The notes: a model not told the origin generated them from the letters alone. Numbered from the stretch's first letter, positions 46,759 to 57,127 are shown. The stretch: 64,000 nucleotides of DNA from an uncultured virus (IMG/VR IMGVR_UViG_3300050821_007680) (IMGVR_UViG_3300050821_007680), one strand, 5' to 3'. Program-made: numbers and translations.

Positions 46759-49700
46759 TGGGATACCCTGACGTAAAATGGACACCACCACAAGATGCGG
46801 TTCCTGTTGAATCAAAAACAATATGGAAGCCGCCCACTGATGCTGTACCCGTAAAAAAAGACAGCGGGGCAGGCTCCCCGCACGATTTTACGCATGGTTA
46901 CAAACCTACTGCCGAAGATTTAAAAGTAAAACAGGGCTGGACAGACTTGCAGGGTGGTTTGGAGAAGTCTGGCGGTGGCTTAGAGAGTTCCCTCGGTTTC
47001 CGAAAACCTGATATTAAGCCAATGAAGCAGGTTGATTATTCATCCTATATCCCGTCCAAACATACACAACAACAAGAGCAAGCCGTTACACAATACGACA
47101 GGAGCAAGCATAAACCAACTACGCTTTTAAACAAACAACAGGATGCTAATTTCAGGCAAAATCAAATTCCAGTAAAGGGGCACGGGCTGGAAAATGTGAT
47201 TGGTGTTGAGCGACATAAAAACTCATGGGATAATGTTGACTTATTGCCAAATGTTGTTTTGGGGGGACTTGAAAAAGACGCAGCCCACGCAGCTAAGTTT
47301 TTAGGTGATAAGGTGTTTGGCGACCCACAGGGTCACTTAGCTAAAGATGCCATAAGCAATGCCGCCTTAAAACTTGAAGGGTGGGGACAGGACAAAGAAA
47401 ATAAAGCGGATCAATTTTCACTACCCGACACGGGAGCTGGCGGTGTGGTAAAAACAGCCACTTCGTTTGTGCCCACTGTTATTGAACTGGCATTAACACC
47501 CGAACTGAATATTGCTAAGATTGGTAAATTAGGCGAAGTACTGACTAAGTACGGTGGCAAATACGCCCCAAAGGTGGTAAATATGGCGGTTGGTAAATTT
47601 CCGGTGCTTATGGGGGTAAACGGACTTACAGGCGGCTATACCGCAGCCAAAGAAGCGGGAGCGACCGACTATGATGCTACAAAAGCAGGCCTTGTAAATT
47701 CAGCCAAAGAATATGGTAAGGGATTACTGTTTGAGGGCGCTGGTGCGGCAGCGGGGAAGGTGTCAAAAATTGGCGCTAAATTTTTAGAGGATGCCGGGTG
47801 GATGAAGGGCGGAGAGATAGTAAAGGGCGCACAAAAAGCAATTTTACATGCCGCAGCACAAGCTACCGCATTTTCCGCTATTCCAATAATAACCAACGCG
47901 ATGCAAGGCAAATCAACGTCGCTGGATGAAATACGAAACAACGCAATTCTTGGCGGCATAACCGGGCTGTTTCATGGCGATGGCAAAGATGACACCCCGT
48001 CTGATGGTGCAGCGAAGGAGATAATGCAGAGAAGTCCGCTCATTGACTTGCATAACTTCATGGCGGCGGATATGGATGGAATAAAGATGGCTCATGCGCT
48101 TAATGCCACACCAACCGACCTACACATGATAGCCGCCACACATGCTGAACGGGCATTTCAAGAAAGCAATCCCGAAGCAAAGGCAGAAGCAATTTCGCAA
48201 TCATCAATAAACGGAAAATTAGCCTCGGTCAAGTCTGTGACACAGGCTATTTTAAAGGACAAGGATGCCGTTATTGCTTCACTACCAGACGATATTGACA
48301 AGCAACCCATTATCGACAAAATAAACGAAGTCCATAAAGCATTCGACCCTATTGAGCAGCAAAAAACAGTCTTAGCCGATAAGATACAAAAGCTACAGTC
48401 TGAACCAACTACAGGCGACATCGTTAAGGACAAGGAAAACAAGGTAGAGTTACAGGATTTAAACAAGCAATTGGACGATATTGTAAAAAAGCAGTACGAG
48501 GATAAAAAGAATGAACAAATTCAGCCAAATAAGGAAGTACATGCTGAACAATCGGGAGATGGGATAACCAGCCCGGAATCGACCATTAACCCAACTAATG
48601 AATCAACTGAAAATTCACAAATAAAAACCACAGAAAATGAAACCACCAAAAAAGGCGCCGAAGATGAAGAAACCGGCGCCGCCGAAAAAGATGGCGAACA
48701 AGGGCTGGCCGCCAAAGAAGAAGTAGGTAAAGCGGGGGATGCGAAAGCGGAACCCGAAACTACTATTGCCGACCAAATTAAAAAACATTTTGGTAATGTG
48801 AATGAATCTACAAAGCCGGAAGGGTCTAAGTTTGCCGGTAAAAAGGAATGGGATGCTACCGATAAAAATGGGTATAAAATATCTGTTAAACCCAATCAAG
48901 ACGGGTATGAGGTATTTTTAGGTAAGCCGGGAAAGGATGTGGGGAATGTGAATAGCTTTAATCAGATTGAGAGCTGGTTCCCCGAAAGCGAAAAAGAGTT
49001 AAGCAAAAGCATAGATGACGCGAAGTCACTGATTGATAAAATTGAACAAAAAGGCAGTTTGGGGCCAGGATTAGCCAAGCTACCCGTTGCCGAACACGCC
49101 GAATTAAACGGACTATTAAAGGAGGATGGTATTAACATAAGCCATTTAAAAGATGTCAACGACACACAACGAAACGAAAGCGGCGACCAAGATACGCAAG
49201 CTGCAACTAATGCGGAAACTGTACAACAACCCGAAAATGACGGCACTGGAAATGCTGGAAAAGATAGACCGGGCGAAAGCCCTAAAGGAGGCGAAAGCAC
49301 AAAAAGCAAAACAGGCTTTAAGAAACCGGATAGCGAGTCAACAGGGGGCAAAGAAGTAAAGAAAACTATCCTTACCAAACGCGCATACGAGGGTGAGGTG
49401 CAGCCCGAAGTAAAAAAATATCTGGAAGACAAGGGACTTAAACGAGCGTCCTTTAGTCAGGAGGAACGGTCAAAACAAGCTACCGACTTTATCAATAAAT
49501 TCGGCGATGAACCCGCATACCATGCGGTAGATTCGGGCGATATTGATGGTGGCTTGGCTGCATCCGTGTTGGCGCAATTGCAAATACGCAACAGTGAGGC
49601 TATAGAAGATTTACCGGAAGATAGCGAAAGGCGCGACGAACTTGCAAAAAAACACGCAGACCTGATCGCCCTAATGGAAAAGAGAGGGTATTTTAGCGGT

Positions 49701-51806
49701 GAGTTTATCGGACAACTTGCCCATGAATATCAAAATAAAGATTTGAACTTTGCTTCAATCAAAAGACAGGTCGAAAAACTAACAAAAAAAACACTAACCA
49801 AAGAACAGGAATCTAAAATAAAAGAAACAGTAGCCGAAAATGAAAGGTTAAAAACCGCCCTAAAAGATGCCGAAGCTAAATTGATAGAAGAAACCGACAA
49901 GGCATTCAGGGCAGGTGAAGAATCTGTTAAAAACGAGACAAAAGCACAAAAAGCTAAACGGATAGCCGATAAAATACGCGCCGGCAAGATACATAGGCCA
50001 GGAATATTCAGCAATGCAACACCCGCATCGTTAGCATGGGATACGGCAGTAGAGGTTGTGGCAAAATCAGTAGAGGCTGGTGGTAAAATAGCGGATGCGA
50101 TAGAATTGGGACTTGAACATATTCGCAGCACGAGTTGGTATAAAGGGCTGTCTGACAAAAAGAAAACAGAAGCCGAAACAACATTTAAGCGGTATCATAA
50201 TGACAATTCAGGAAGCGCTGATTTATCAGACCTTCAATCCCGGTTTGCAGACAAAACAGATAATAAATTCAACCCATCAGAAGCCCGTGATATTTGGGGT
50301 TACATGAAAGAAAATTACCTGAATAACGGCACCTCATATGCCGATGCACTCTCAAAAACATCACAGGACTTAGGACTCTCGTGGAGGCAGGTCAGCGAGG
50401 CCGTTGTGACACCTAAACTAAAACGAATTTCGGATGAGATGTGGAAGCGAAACTCTGAACTTGCACGGAACAGGTCAGCGATAAAGAATTGGATTGGTCA
50501 GCAGGAGTCATCTGCACCTGTACGCGCGTGGAGAAAGATATCGGGCCTATTGCGGGGCATAGCTACATTCGGTCATGGTCACATATTTTTGGGAACACAC
50601 GCTGGTATGACATTCTTTAATCCGTCTACATGGAGCAAGACTATACCGGCGTTCTTCCGTGGTTTTAAGTTAGCCTATGGCACAGAGGCTGCATACGAAC
50701 GCAACATGCAGGAACTAAAGAATGAACCCAACTATCTTATCGCTCAACGTGCCGGGCTAAAGAATGACCCCGACCGTATAAATGTAGAGGAGTTTCAAAA
50801 AAGTCAGCAGTATTTAGGCCGATTAGGACATGTAGGGGAGCGGGGTTTTAACACGATAAAGGTGCTTCGCCAGCATCTGTTTGACTATCACTTTAACAAC
50901 CTGTCGGCAGCCGAGCGAGACGACCCGGAAGTGGCTAAAAGTATAGCTGATTTGGTAAATCTTGCAACGGGGGCGACAACTCTTAAGCTTCCGGCATGGG
51001 TTAATGAGGTGTCTTTTGCAGGTGGCATGGAAGCGGCAAGGTGGGAAAAGCTACTAAAAAGCCCTGCAAAATCAGCAGAAACCTTAGCTAAGGTGATACG
51101 CGGCAATCCGACTCCGGCAGAAAAAGTATTTGCCAAAGTATGGGCGCGTCGGGTAGGCGAACAAGTAGCTACCTATACTTCACTATTGGCAATAAACGCA
51201 GCTATTAATAATTATTTTTATCCTAATGATAAAAAAAGATTATTTGATCCATCTGACCCTAATTGGTGGAAATTTAAGTTTGGTAAAACAACCATTGATC
51301 CTACGTCGGGAATGCGAAGTACGGCGTCTTTCCTGTATGAACTATCTACAATCCCATTTAAGAGTAAAGCTGAAAACTACGGAAAAAGCGGATTGGAGGC
51401 AGAAGCAAGCGCGGCAGAGGGGTATGGTCGGGGGAAACTTGCGCCTTTGTATGCCACTATATCCGACTTTGTGGACAACAAAGATTTTAACCGTAATGTT
51501 ATGCCTAAATTCCCGGTAAAAGCACTTAACTTTAGGAATGATAGCCCAACTAAGGGGCATCATAAATTAACGTGGATTGAATATGGTACACAAAAACTAC
51601 CTTTGCCCGTAGCAGAAGGGTTGGGTGTGTTTTATCAATCAGCATTAGACCACGGAGCAAATAAGAAACACCTTAACTCAGTTATGGATGGTATTTTATC
51701 GGGTGTTATTTCAGGAACAACTGGCTTTAGAGTTGGCGAGTACAAAGAAACAAAAGGCAGAATGAAAAAGACTACCTTAGACCCATCCATGCAGAAAAAC
51801 AAATGA
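46758..51806 (+). CDS. Large internal virion / ejection protein (1682 aa)
   Basis: W.PP.DAVPV N-terminal duplication, Gly/Ala-rich membrane-like segment, low-complexity linker, helical C-terminus. Confidence 0.75.
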   Translation: MGYPDVKWTPPQDAVPVESKTIWKPPTDAVPVKKDSGAGSPHDFTHGYKPTAEDLKVKQGWTDLQGGLEKSGGGLESSLGFRKPDIKPMKQVDYSSYIPSKHTQQQEQAVTQYDRSKHKPTTLLNKQQDANFRQNQIPVKGHGLENVIGVERHKNSWDNVDLLPNVVLGGLEKDAAHAAKFLGDKVFGDPQGHLAKDAISNAALKLEGWGQDKENKADQFSLPDTGAGGVVKTATSFVPTVIELALTPELNIAKIGKLGEVLTKYGGKYAPKVVNMAVGKFPVLMGVNGLTGGYTAAKEAGATDYDATKAGLVNSAKEYGKGLLFEGAGAAAGKVSKIGAKFLEDAGWMKGGEIVKGAQKAILHAAAQATAFSAIPIITNAMQGKSTSLDEIRNNAILGGITGLFHGDGKDDTPSDGAAKEIMQRSPLIDLHNFMAADMDGIKMAHALNATPTDLHMIAATHAERAFQESNPEAKAEAISQSSINGKLASVKSVTQAILKDKDAVIASLPDDIDKQPIIDKINEVHKAFDPIEQQKTVLADKIQKLQSEPTTGDIVKDKENKVELQDLNKQLDDIVKKQYEDKKNEQIQPNKEVHAEQSGDGITSPESTINPTNESTENSQIKTTENETTKKGAEDEETGAAEKDGEQGLAAKEEVGKAGDAKAEPETTIADQIKKHFGNVNESTKPEGSKFAGKKEWDATDKNGYKISVKPNQDGYEVFLGKPGKDVGNVNSFNQIESWFPESEKELSKSIDDAKSLIDKIEQKGSLGPGLAKLPVAEHAELNGLLKEDGINISHLKDVNDTQRNESGDQDTQAATNAETVQQPENDGTGNAGKDRPGESPKGGESTKSKTGFKKPDSESTGGKEVKKTILTKRAYEGEVQPEVKKYLEDKGLKRASFSQEERSKQATDFINKFGDEPAYHAVDSGDIDGGLAASVLAQLQIRNSEAIEDLPEDSERRDELAKKHADLIALMEKRGYFSGEFIGQLAHEYQNKDLNFASIKRQVEKLTKKTLTKEQESKIKETVAENERLKTALKDAEAKLIEETDKAFRAGEESVKNETKAQKAKRIADKIRAGKIHRPGIFSNATPASLAWDTAVEVVAKSVEAGGKIADAIELGLEHIRSTSWYKGLSDKKKTEAETTFKRYHNDNSGSADLSDLQSRFADKTDNKFNPSEARDIWGYMKENYLNNGTSYADALSKTSQDLGLSWRQVSEAVVTPKLKRISDEMWKRNSELARNRSAIKNWIGQQESSAPVRAWRKISGLLRGIATFGHGHIFLGTHAGMTFFNPSTWSKTIPAFFRGFKLAYGTEAAYERNMQELKNEPNYLIAQRAGLKNDPDRINVEEFQKSQQYLGRLGHVGERGFNTIKVLRQHLFDYHFNNLSAAERDDPEVAKSIADLVNLATGATTLKLPAWVNEVSFAGGMEAARWEKLLKSPAKSAETLAKVIRGNPTPAEKVFAKVWARRVGEQVATYTSLLAINAAINNYFYPNDKKRLFDPSDPNWWKFKFGKTTIDPTSGMRSTASFLYELSTIPFKSKAENYGKSGLEAEASAAEGYGRGKLAPLYATISDFVDNKDFNRNVMPKFPVKALNFRNDSPTKGHHKLTWIEYGTQKLPLPVAEGLGVFYQSALDHGANKKHLNSVMDGILSGVISGTTGFRVGEYKETKGRMKKTTLDPSMQKNK

Positions 51807-51964
51807 AACTAACCATTGAAACCGCCGCCGAAGAATCGGTGAAACAATATCCCAGCGGCGAGGTGGTTGTTAAGGTTGTAAAAGAAGATTTTGAACAGTT
51901 GAAAAATATTATATTGGAGGCGATTGAAAATGGAAATAAAATTTGTACACAACCTACCGCTTGA
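51803..51964 (+). CDS. 53-aa peptide (absent from the ORF track)
   Basis: ATGA overlap; MKLTIETAAEESVKQYPSGEVVVKVVKEDFEQLKNIILEAIENGNKICTQPTA. Confidence 0.6.
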   Translation: MKLTIETAAEESVKQYPSGEVVVKVVKEDFEQLKNIILEAIENGNKICTQPTA

Positions 51965-52427
51965 ACAATCATTGATTTTTGAAGAAATTTATGATGAAAA
52001 CCTGCAAATGGACTTGGAAGAAAAACTGGAGCTTAAAGATGATGGGGCTGAATTTATTTTTATGATAAACGGGGAAAGTGGCGAACTTATAGGCGAAACT
52101 TATTTTATCCCGTTGGATGTTTTTGAGGGTGAAGAACCTGATCCGCTACAACCCGATGAGGGTTTAACGTCTTATTTTGGTAAGGGGTTGATTTATTGTT
52201 ATTCAACAACAATATTACCAAAACACCAACAGAAAGGTTTTGGTAAGTTATTAAAAGCATATTTATACGGGTATGTTTACGCCAAGGGGTATAAAGGCAG
52301 TATAGCACACGCTAAAGCGGGGGCGTCTATTAAATTAAATACGTATTTTGGGGCTGAAATAGTTGGTGAATTTGAGAACTGGTATCAAACCGGAATTACC
52401 CATTATCTTTATTTGAAGTGGTTTTAG
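51930..52427 (+). CDS. GNAT-family N-acyltransferase
   Basis: TILPKHQQKGFGKLL (Q/RxxGxG acyl-CoA motif), ASIKLN..FG....ENWY. Confidence 0.88.
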   Translation: MEIKFVHNLPLEQSLIFEEIYDENLQMDLEEKLELKDDGAEFIFMINGESGELIGETYFIPLDVFEGEEPDPLQPDEGLTSYFGKGLIYCYSTTILPKHQQKGFGKLLKAYLYGYVYAKGYKGSIAHAKAGASIKLNTYFGAEIVGEFENWYQTGITHYLYLKWF

Positions 52428-52819
52428 AAAGGCAGAAAAAAGATTACGACTGTGGTGTATATGCTGTTAATTTTTTAATGGAATTGCATGGTATATATAA
52501 TTTTGGGATTGATTTTTTAGAGCAAGAACTTAAAACTACCGCTGACAACGGAACAACACATGAGGATATTTCAAACTGGTTTAATAATGATGTTTTAAGC
52601 GGGTATGATAGTGATATTAATAAAATAAAGGTACCGGCATTGGTCAATTACCAATATGATGGTGAGGGTCATTATGGGGTTGTTTTATGTATAACAAAAA
52701 AGATGGTAACGATATATAATCCCGCTATTGGAGATATCGAAATAGTAGATAAGGGACAATTTATTTTAAGTTGGTATAGTGAACGTTACGGGAATAAATG
52801 GTATTTGTCACTGAAATGA
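52418..52819 (+). CDS. Stand-alone C39-like cysteine peptidase
   Basis: Q..DYDCG, T..GT, GHYGV, IYNPA.G, F..W. Confidence 0.85.
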   Translation: MVLERQKKDYDCGVYAVNFLMELHGIYNFGIDFLEQELKTTADNGTTHEDISNWFNNDVLSGYDSDINKIKVPALVNYQYDGEGHYGVVLCITKKMVTIYNPAIGDIEIVDKGQFILSWYSERYGNKWYLSLK

Positions 52820-54081
52820 TGGAAGAAGTAAACCTTAAAGAGAAAACAATATGCGTGTATGATGAGCGGCTTTGTGTTTCATTGGCACAGCGGCTTGCCC
52901 GTGATTACGGTCGTGTTTTATACTTTAGTGAGTGGGCTTGTGCGTTCCCGTATAAAAAAGACAGCCTTGTTGGCTACGGTATAGAGGGTATTGAACGTAT
53001 AAAATACTTTTGGCCGTATCTCGATGAAATTGATGTTTTTTGTTTTCCATTTATTTACAGACCGGATTTACAGGAATATTTAAGAAGCATAGGCAAACAG
53101 GTGTGGGGGTCAGGATGGGGGCAAGAAATAGAACTTGACAGGGCTGATACGAATGGAGATTTACCTAAATTTGGGCTTCCTCAACCATTCATAACTGTCG
53201 TAAATGGAGTTGACAATCTGCGTGAGCATCTTTCATCAGTAAAGAATAAATATATTAAGGTTAGCCAATGGCGCGGTGACAATGAAACATGGAAGCATGA
53301 AGATATAAAAACATCTACATCTAAATTAGACGAACTGTCAGTTGAACTTGGCCCAGAAAAGGATGATTTTGAATTTATAATTGAGGATAAAATAGACGGG
53401 GAAGAGTGGGGCTATGACGGATTTTCCGTGAATGGTGAGTTTCCCAAAACTACACTTTTTGGTATTGAAATTAAGGATTTAGGCTACTGTGCCCATGTTA
53501 AAAAACATAAGGATATATCTCCATTGATAACCGACTACCTTGATGCTATTGCTCCAACACTTAAAGCTAACGACTACGCTAATTTTTTTCATTCTGAAAA
53601 CAGAATTACACCTAAAAAGGTATCTTTCCCTATTGATATAACATGCCGGATTGGTTTACCACCGGGGGAACTATATATGGAAATGTGTTCAAACCTACCA
53701 GAAATCATTTGGTATGGTAGTATCGGCAAGCTTAAAGAGCCTGAATTTGAAGCTAAATATGGGATTCAAGTAAATATATATTCGAGCAGAAGTGATGATA
53801 AATGGAATGAGATACGCTTCCCAAAGGAGATTGACAGGTGGGTGAAATTGCGCTCGTGTATGAAAAAAAATGACACTTGGTATATTGTGCCTGGAATCGA
53901 GCAACTTTTTGAGATAGGTGCAGTTGTGGCTATCGGAAATACAATGGATGAATGTATTGAAAAAGTAAAAGAGTATGCCAAACAAATTAAAGGGCATTTG
54001 ATTGATAAAAAAATAGGCTCAATTGAGGATATGAAGGGGTGTATAGAGAATGGTAAGAAAATTGGTATTAATTTCGATTAA
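52816..54081 (+). CDS. ATP-grasp ligase, PurD/GARS-like
   Basis: G.QVWGSG....ELDR, GLPQP, YIK, IIEDKIDGEE.G.DG, IDITCRIG.P, VVAIG.T..E. Confidence 0.8.
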   Translation: MMEEVNLKEKTICVYDERLCVSLAQRLARDYGRVLYFSEWACAFPYKKDSLVGYGIEGIERIKYFWPYLDEIDVFCFPFIYRPDLQEYLRSIGKQVWGSGWGQEIELDRADTNGDLPKFGLPQPFITVVNGVDNLREHLSSVKNKYIKVSQWRGDNETWKHEDIKTSTSKLDELSVELGPEKDDFEFIIEDKIDGEEWGYDGFSVNGEFPKTTLFGIEIKDLGYCAHVKKHKDISPLITDYLDAIAPTLKANDYANFFHSENRITPKKVSFPIDITCRIGLPPGELYMEMCSNLPEIIWYGSIGKLKEPEFEAKYGIQVNIYSSRSDDKWNEIRFPKEIDRWVKLRSCMKKNDTWYIVPGIEQLFEIGAVVAIGNTMDECIEKVKEYAKQIKGHLIDKKIGSIEDMKGCIENGKKIGINFD

Positions 54082-54112
54082 TTATTTTATATATTTATAA
54101 AAAATTACAGCA

Positions 54113-54682
54113 ATGGAAATCCTGCTCAATAGCGCCAATGATATTTACACCGTAACACTTGATGTTACAGGTAAAACCCTGACCATATCCGGGTGTAATA
54201 ATTTCCCGCTTGACGTAAGTTCATTAAAGGAGATTTATAATACCACACATGCCGGAAATATCGGGCTGCCTGCCGCTAATCAGTTCGCATGGTTCAGGTC
54301 AAATGGACTGCCTATTTTTGTTTGGGGATTATCCTCTTTTCCGGCAGGTTCAGATAATGGTGACACCCTGAATGTGATGCTTGATATACCCCGGACACAA
54401 TCAATACTATCCCTACAGCAAAAACAGGCATCGGCATCGGCTGGAACTCCCGGAACGCTCATGACCGCCGAAGTACCATCGGGTACTATAAATGGAACAA
54501 ATCAAACATTTACGCTGGCGAACACGCCCATAAAGGGCGCAATTATGTTGATCTATACACCATCCGGGCAACCGACACAATTTTTACAGTACGGGGTTTA
54601 TTTTACCGTTTCCGGCAATACCGTTGAGATAGTTGTTCCACCATTAACAGGCAGTACACTTTATGCTAACTATTATCACTAA
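54113..54682 (+). CDS. Virion/tail accessory protein
   Basis: EVPSGTINGTNQTFTLANTP...FTVSGN...PP.TGS.L.ANY domain. Confidence 0.65.
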   Translation: MEILLNSANDIYTVTLDVTGKTLTISGCNNFPLDVSSLKEIYNTTHAGNIGLPAANQFAWFRSNGLPIFVWGLSSFPAGSDNGDTLNVMLDIPRTQSILSLQQKQASASAGTPGTLMTAEVPSGTINGTNQTFTLANTPIKGAIMLIYTPSGQPTQFLQYGVYFTVSGNTVEIVVPPLTGSTLYANYYH

Positions 54683-55155
54683 TGCCATCAACACCGAGCG
54701 GAACAGCAGTAGAGAATAGCCTGACAGGGGGCAGCATCTTATATACCGATACAGGTACATACGGCCCGGTTAGTTCCCGTGTGTTGACTATTTTCGATTA
54801 TCAGGGCAATTTATTGAGTACGATAAACATGGGTACTGGGCTTACGGCCACCTATACATTTCCTTCGGATGCCTGGTTTAAGTTTGTCTGTACGGTGATT
54901 GATAACACGGGTACATGGGTAACGACGGTATATATCGTTACTGACGGATACTATTGGGCTACCTATACCAGCATTTTCACCTCGGCCAATTGTGGATGTG
55001 TGGGCAATAACTGCAACCTTGAAGTAAGCTGGCAATGTTTACAGGCGGCGTTACGCTTTAACCTCGCGGGGCTGTCCGGCGCGGCTTCTGCACAGAATTG
55101 CATAGTTGCGGCTAATTATTTTGTAAACCAAAATGCTGTAATCCAATACGCGTGA
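54682..55155 (+). CDS. Putative structural protein with a Cys-rich C-terminus
   Basis: DTGTY, CGC..NC; coupled overlap. Confidence 0.6.
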   Translation: MPSTPSGTAVENSLTGGSILYTDTGTYGPVSSRVLTIFDYQGNLLSTINMGTGLTATYTFPSDAWFKFVCTVIDNTGTWVTTVYIVTDGYYWATYTSIFTSANCGCVGNNCNLEVSWQCLQAALRFNLAGLSGAASAQNCIVAANYFVNQNAVIQYA

Positions 55156-55156
55156 T

Positions 55157-55975
55157 ATGCCTACGTCAGCACAAGTCCAAACCAGCCTATTAACCGCACA
55201 ACTCAAAGCGGCCAACCTTACGCTGACAAACATTCTTGCTTTACAGGCGGGCGCACTGAGTGCGAACTGGAAGTATATATTTAAGGCGCAAAGGGGCATA
55301 AATATTATTCAGAACAAATATAATCAGGGCGACCTATCATCTGTTACCTTTAAAACCGCCTATTCGTGTTTAACATCGTTTATAGGTAATTATACAGGCG
55401 GCACCATTGACCCTAACGCGCAAAATCCGGGTACTGTTATCAATATTACAAATCCCGGTGCTACGCCGGTACTGGTAGAATTAAATTTCCCAAAAGGTTC
55501 ACCAAACCCAATTGTTATATCAAGCTGGCAGGCGATATACTCCCCAATTTTAGGCAACTTCCCATCAATCCAAGTGTCTACACTCATACCGGACGCTATA
55601 AGCACGTTTAAGACACTTGTTCCCGGAAGTGGTGGTATTAACGGAACATATTACGTTAACCTTGCTGGCGGCAGCGGAAGTGGCGCCAGCGCCTTAATAA
55701 CCATTGCTGGTAATGTTGTGACATCCGTAACCCTTGATAAAACCGGTTCAGCCTACGCCGTAAACGATGTCCTCACCGGCACATTCGGCAGCATATCAGG
55801 TTTCAGCATCACTGTAGCGTCGATAGGGGCGACATACACGCCGTTTACAGCGGGTGCGGTGAAGGTGTATGACCAGGCGACTTCCTCGTTGCTCCAGTAT
55901 CTGTATATTGATGATCCTGATATAGCTAACCCCCTCCTTACCGGCGATGCTATTCGGGTGTTGATGAAGCCGTAG
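55157..55975 (+). CDS. Putative structural protein with one Gly-rich inserted domain
   Basis: GGSGSGASALITIAGNVVTSVT..GSAY..NDVL, same pattern as in 35964-37382. Confidence 0.65.
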   Translation: MPTSAQVQTSLLTAQLKAANLTLTNILALQAGALSANWKYIFKAQRGINIIQNKYNQGDLSSVTFKTAYSCLTSFIGNYTGGTIDPNAQNPGTVINITNPGATPVLVELNFPKGSPNPIVISSWQAIYSPILGNFPSIQVSTLIPDAISTFKTLVPGSGGINGTYYVNLAGGSGSGASALITIAGNVVTSVTLDKTGSAYAVNDVLTGTFGSISGFSITVASIGATYTPFTAGAVKVYDQATSSLLQYLYIDDPDIANPLLTGDAIRVLMKP

Positions 55976-56612
55976 AAAAGAGAGTTGGAATTTCTGTAAT
56001 ATTACCCCATTGTTCCGCCATGGCATTTGCGATACCTTGAAATGTTTTACTTCTTTCTTTAGCGCTATCCCATGCCTTAAATATCGGCAATTCTGATTTT
56101 TTACGTGTCCCGTTTTTTAATAACCCCCCTTGTGTTGAATTACTTGTATAATGATATGTTGGCTCGACAATATTGGTAGGCATTAATAGAGGTAGCCCTT
56201 TTAACCACAAGCAAGTTCTCTTTTTAAACGGGTCGCCAAATTGGTATGGGTTTATTATCTGATCCGGTTTTCTATAAACCCTTGACATTATACCCGTCGG
56301 ATTTTCAATTGCTATTTTACTGCATGTATTATTTACGAATAACATAAAGAAATCAATCGCTGATTGCTGTCTGCCGTCTAATTGTTTTTGTTTCCAACCG
56401 GGCGCGCCGGCTGCTGATAAATGCGTACATGGCGGGAAAGCTATAATCATACCCCATTGCTGTTTCAACAACTCGGTTACATCTTTTTGTAGGTGCCATT
56501 CGGGGTGACCGCCACTACACGGCAATATATCACATGAATATGCTTCATGGCCCCGCTTCCTAAACTCAATAGTCACGACCTGACTTTCTTCACAAGCTAT
56601 TAATATTTTCAT
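55950..56612 (-). CDS. Phage DNA cytosine methyltransferase-like protein
   Basis: ILIACEESQ, FPPCTHL, IENP, KRTCLWLKGLP, RSKTF.GIA.AMAEQW. Confidence 0.85.
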   Translation of the reverse strand: MKILIACEESQVVTIEFRKRGHEAYSCDILPCSGGHPEWHLQKDVTELLKQQWGMIIAFPPCTHLSAAGAPGWKQKQLDGRQQSAIDFFMLFVNNTCSKIAIENPTGIMSRVYRKPDQIINPYQFGDPFKKRTCLWLKGLPLLMPTNIVEPTYHYTSNSTQGGLLKNGTRKKSELPIFKAWDSAKERSKTFQGIANAMAEQWGNITEIPTLFSTASSTPE

Positions 56613-56788
56613 CTTATCTCCGAATGTAAAGTATCCACATTAATATCAAGGGTGGTGTCGAAATCGACCTTGTATGGCACCGTTTTAGGATGCGGTGTAT
56701 CTTTTATCCACCAAAAGGCAATTATGGCTATCAGCAGTACTAACAAGAATAATCGGTGCAGGGTGTTTTGGGTTGGACGGTTCATGGT

Positions 56789-57127
56789 TTATTTAAGACT
56801 TGCAATTAAATCACGTTCATAATTACTTATATCTTGTTTTCCAGGCTTGCCACCCGATTCATTCAAAATCTTTTTAGCCCTTAAAATAGTCAGACGAGAT
56901 GGCCGGTATCGCTGAATACCCTTTCTCAACCAAAAGCAACAATAGGGATAATTTTCAATCCAAATTCTTGCATTTCCTAAATCGGCGTTATGATGATCTA
57001 TATTGGTAAATTTGTGATTATTCAATAACTCGTTTAATTTATCGTCCCATTGTTTATTAAAGGGTATCAACATCAACCAAAAACTTGGCCTGAATATGAA
57101 TTGTAAATTTTTTATGAAGTCTTTCAT
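56789..57127 (-). CDS. hypothetical protein
   Basis: IWIENYPY..RPSRLT pattern. Confidence 0.7.
   Translation of the reverse strand: MKDFIKNLQFIFRPSFWLMLIPFNKQWDDKLNELLNNHKFTNIDHHNADLGNARIWIENYPYCCFWLRKGIQRYRPSRLTILRAKKILNESGGKPGKQDISNYERDLIASLK

Noticed and set aside
27169..51563. Numerous 60-180 aa antisense and alternate-frame ORFs within the structural genes
   Set aside because: Fully overlap long, motif-supported genes and show no recognisable motifs
46758..51806. Virion RNA polymerase
   Set aside because: No NADFDGD- or DFDID-like catalytic motif was seen
51803..51964. SVKQYPSGE as a microviridin-type core (TxKxPSD)
   Set aside because: Only a loose resemblance, with no PFFARFL leader and no double-glycine site; kept only as a possible substrate
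52816..54081. Bona fide purD auxiliary metabolic gene
   Set aside because: Lacks the GxGGREH N-terminal and NTGGMG motifs of GARS, and no other pur genes are present
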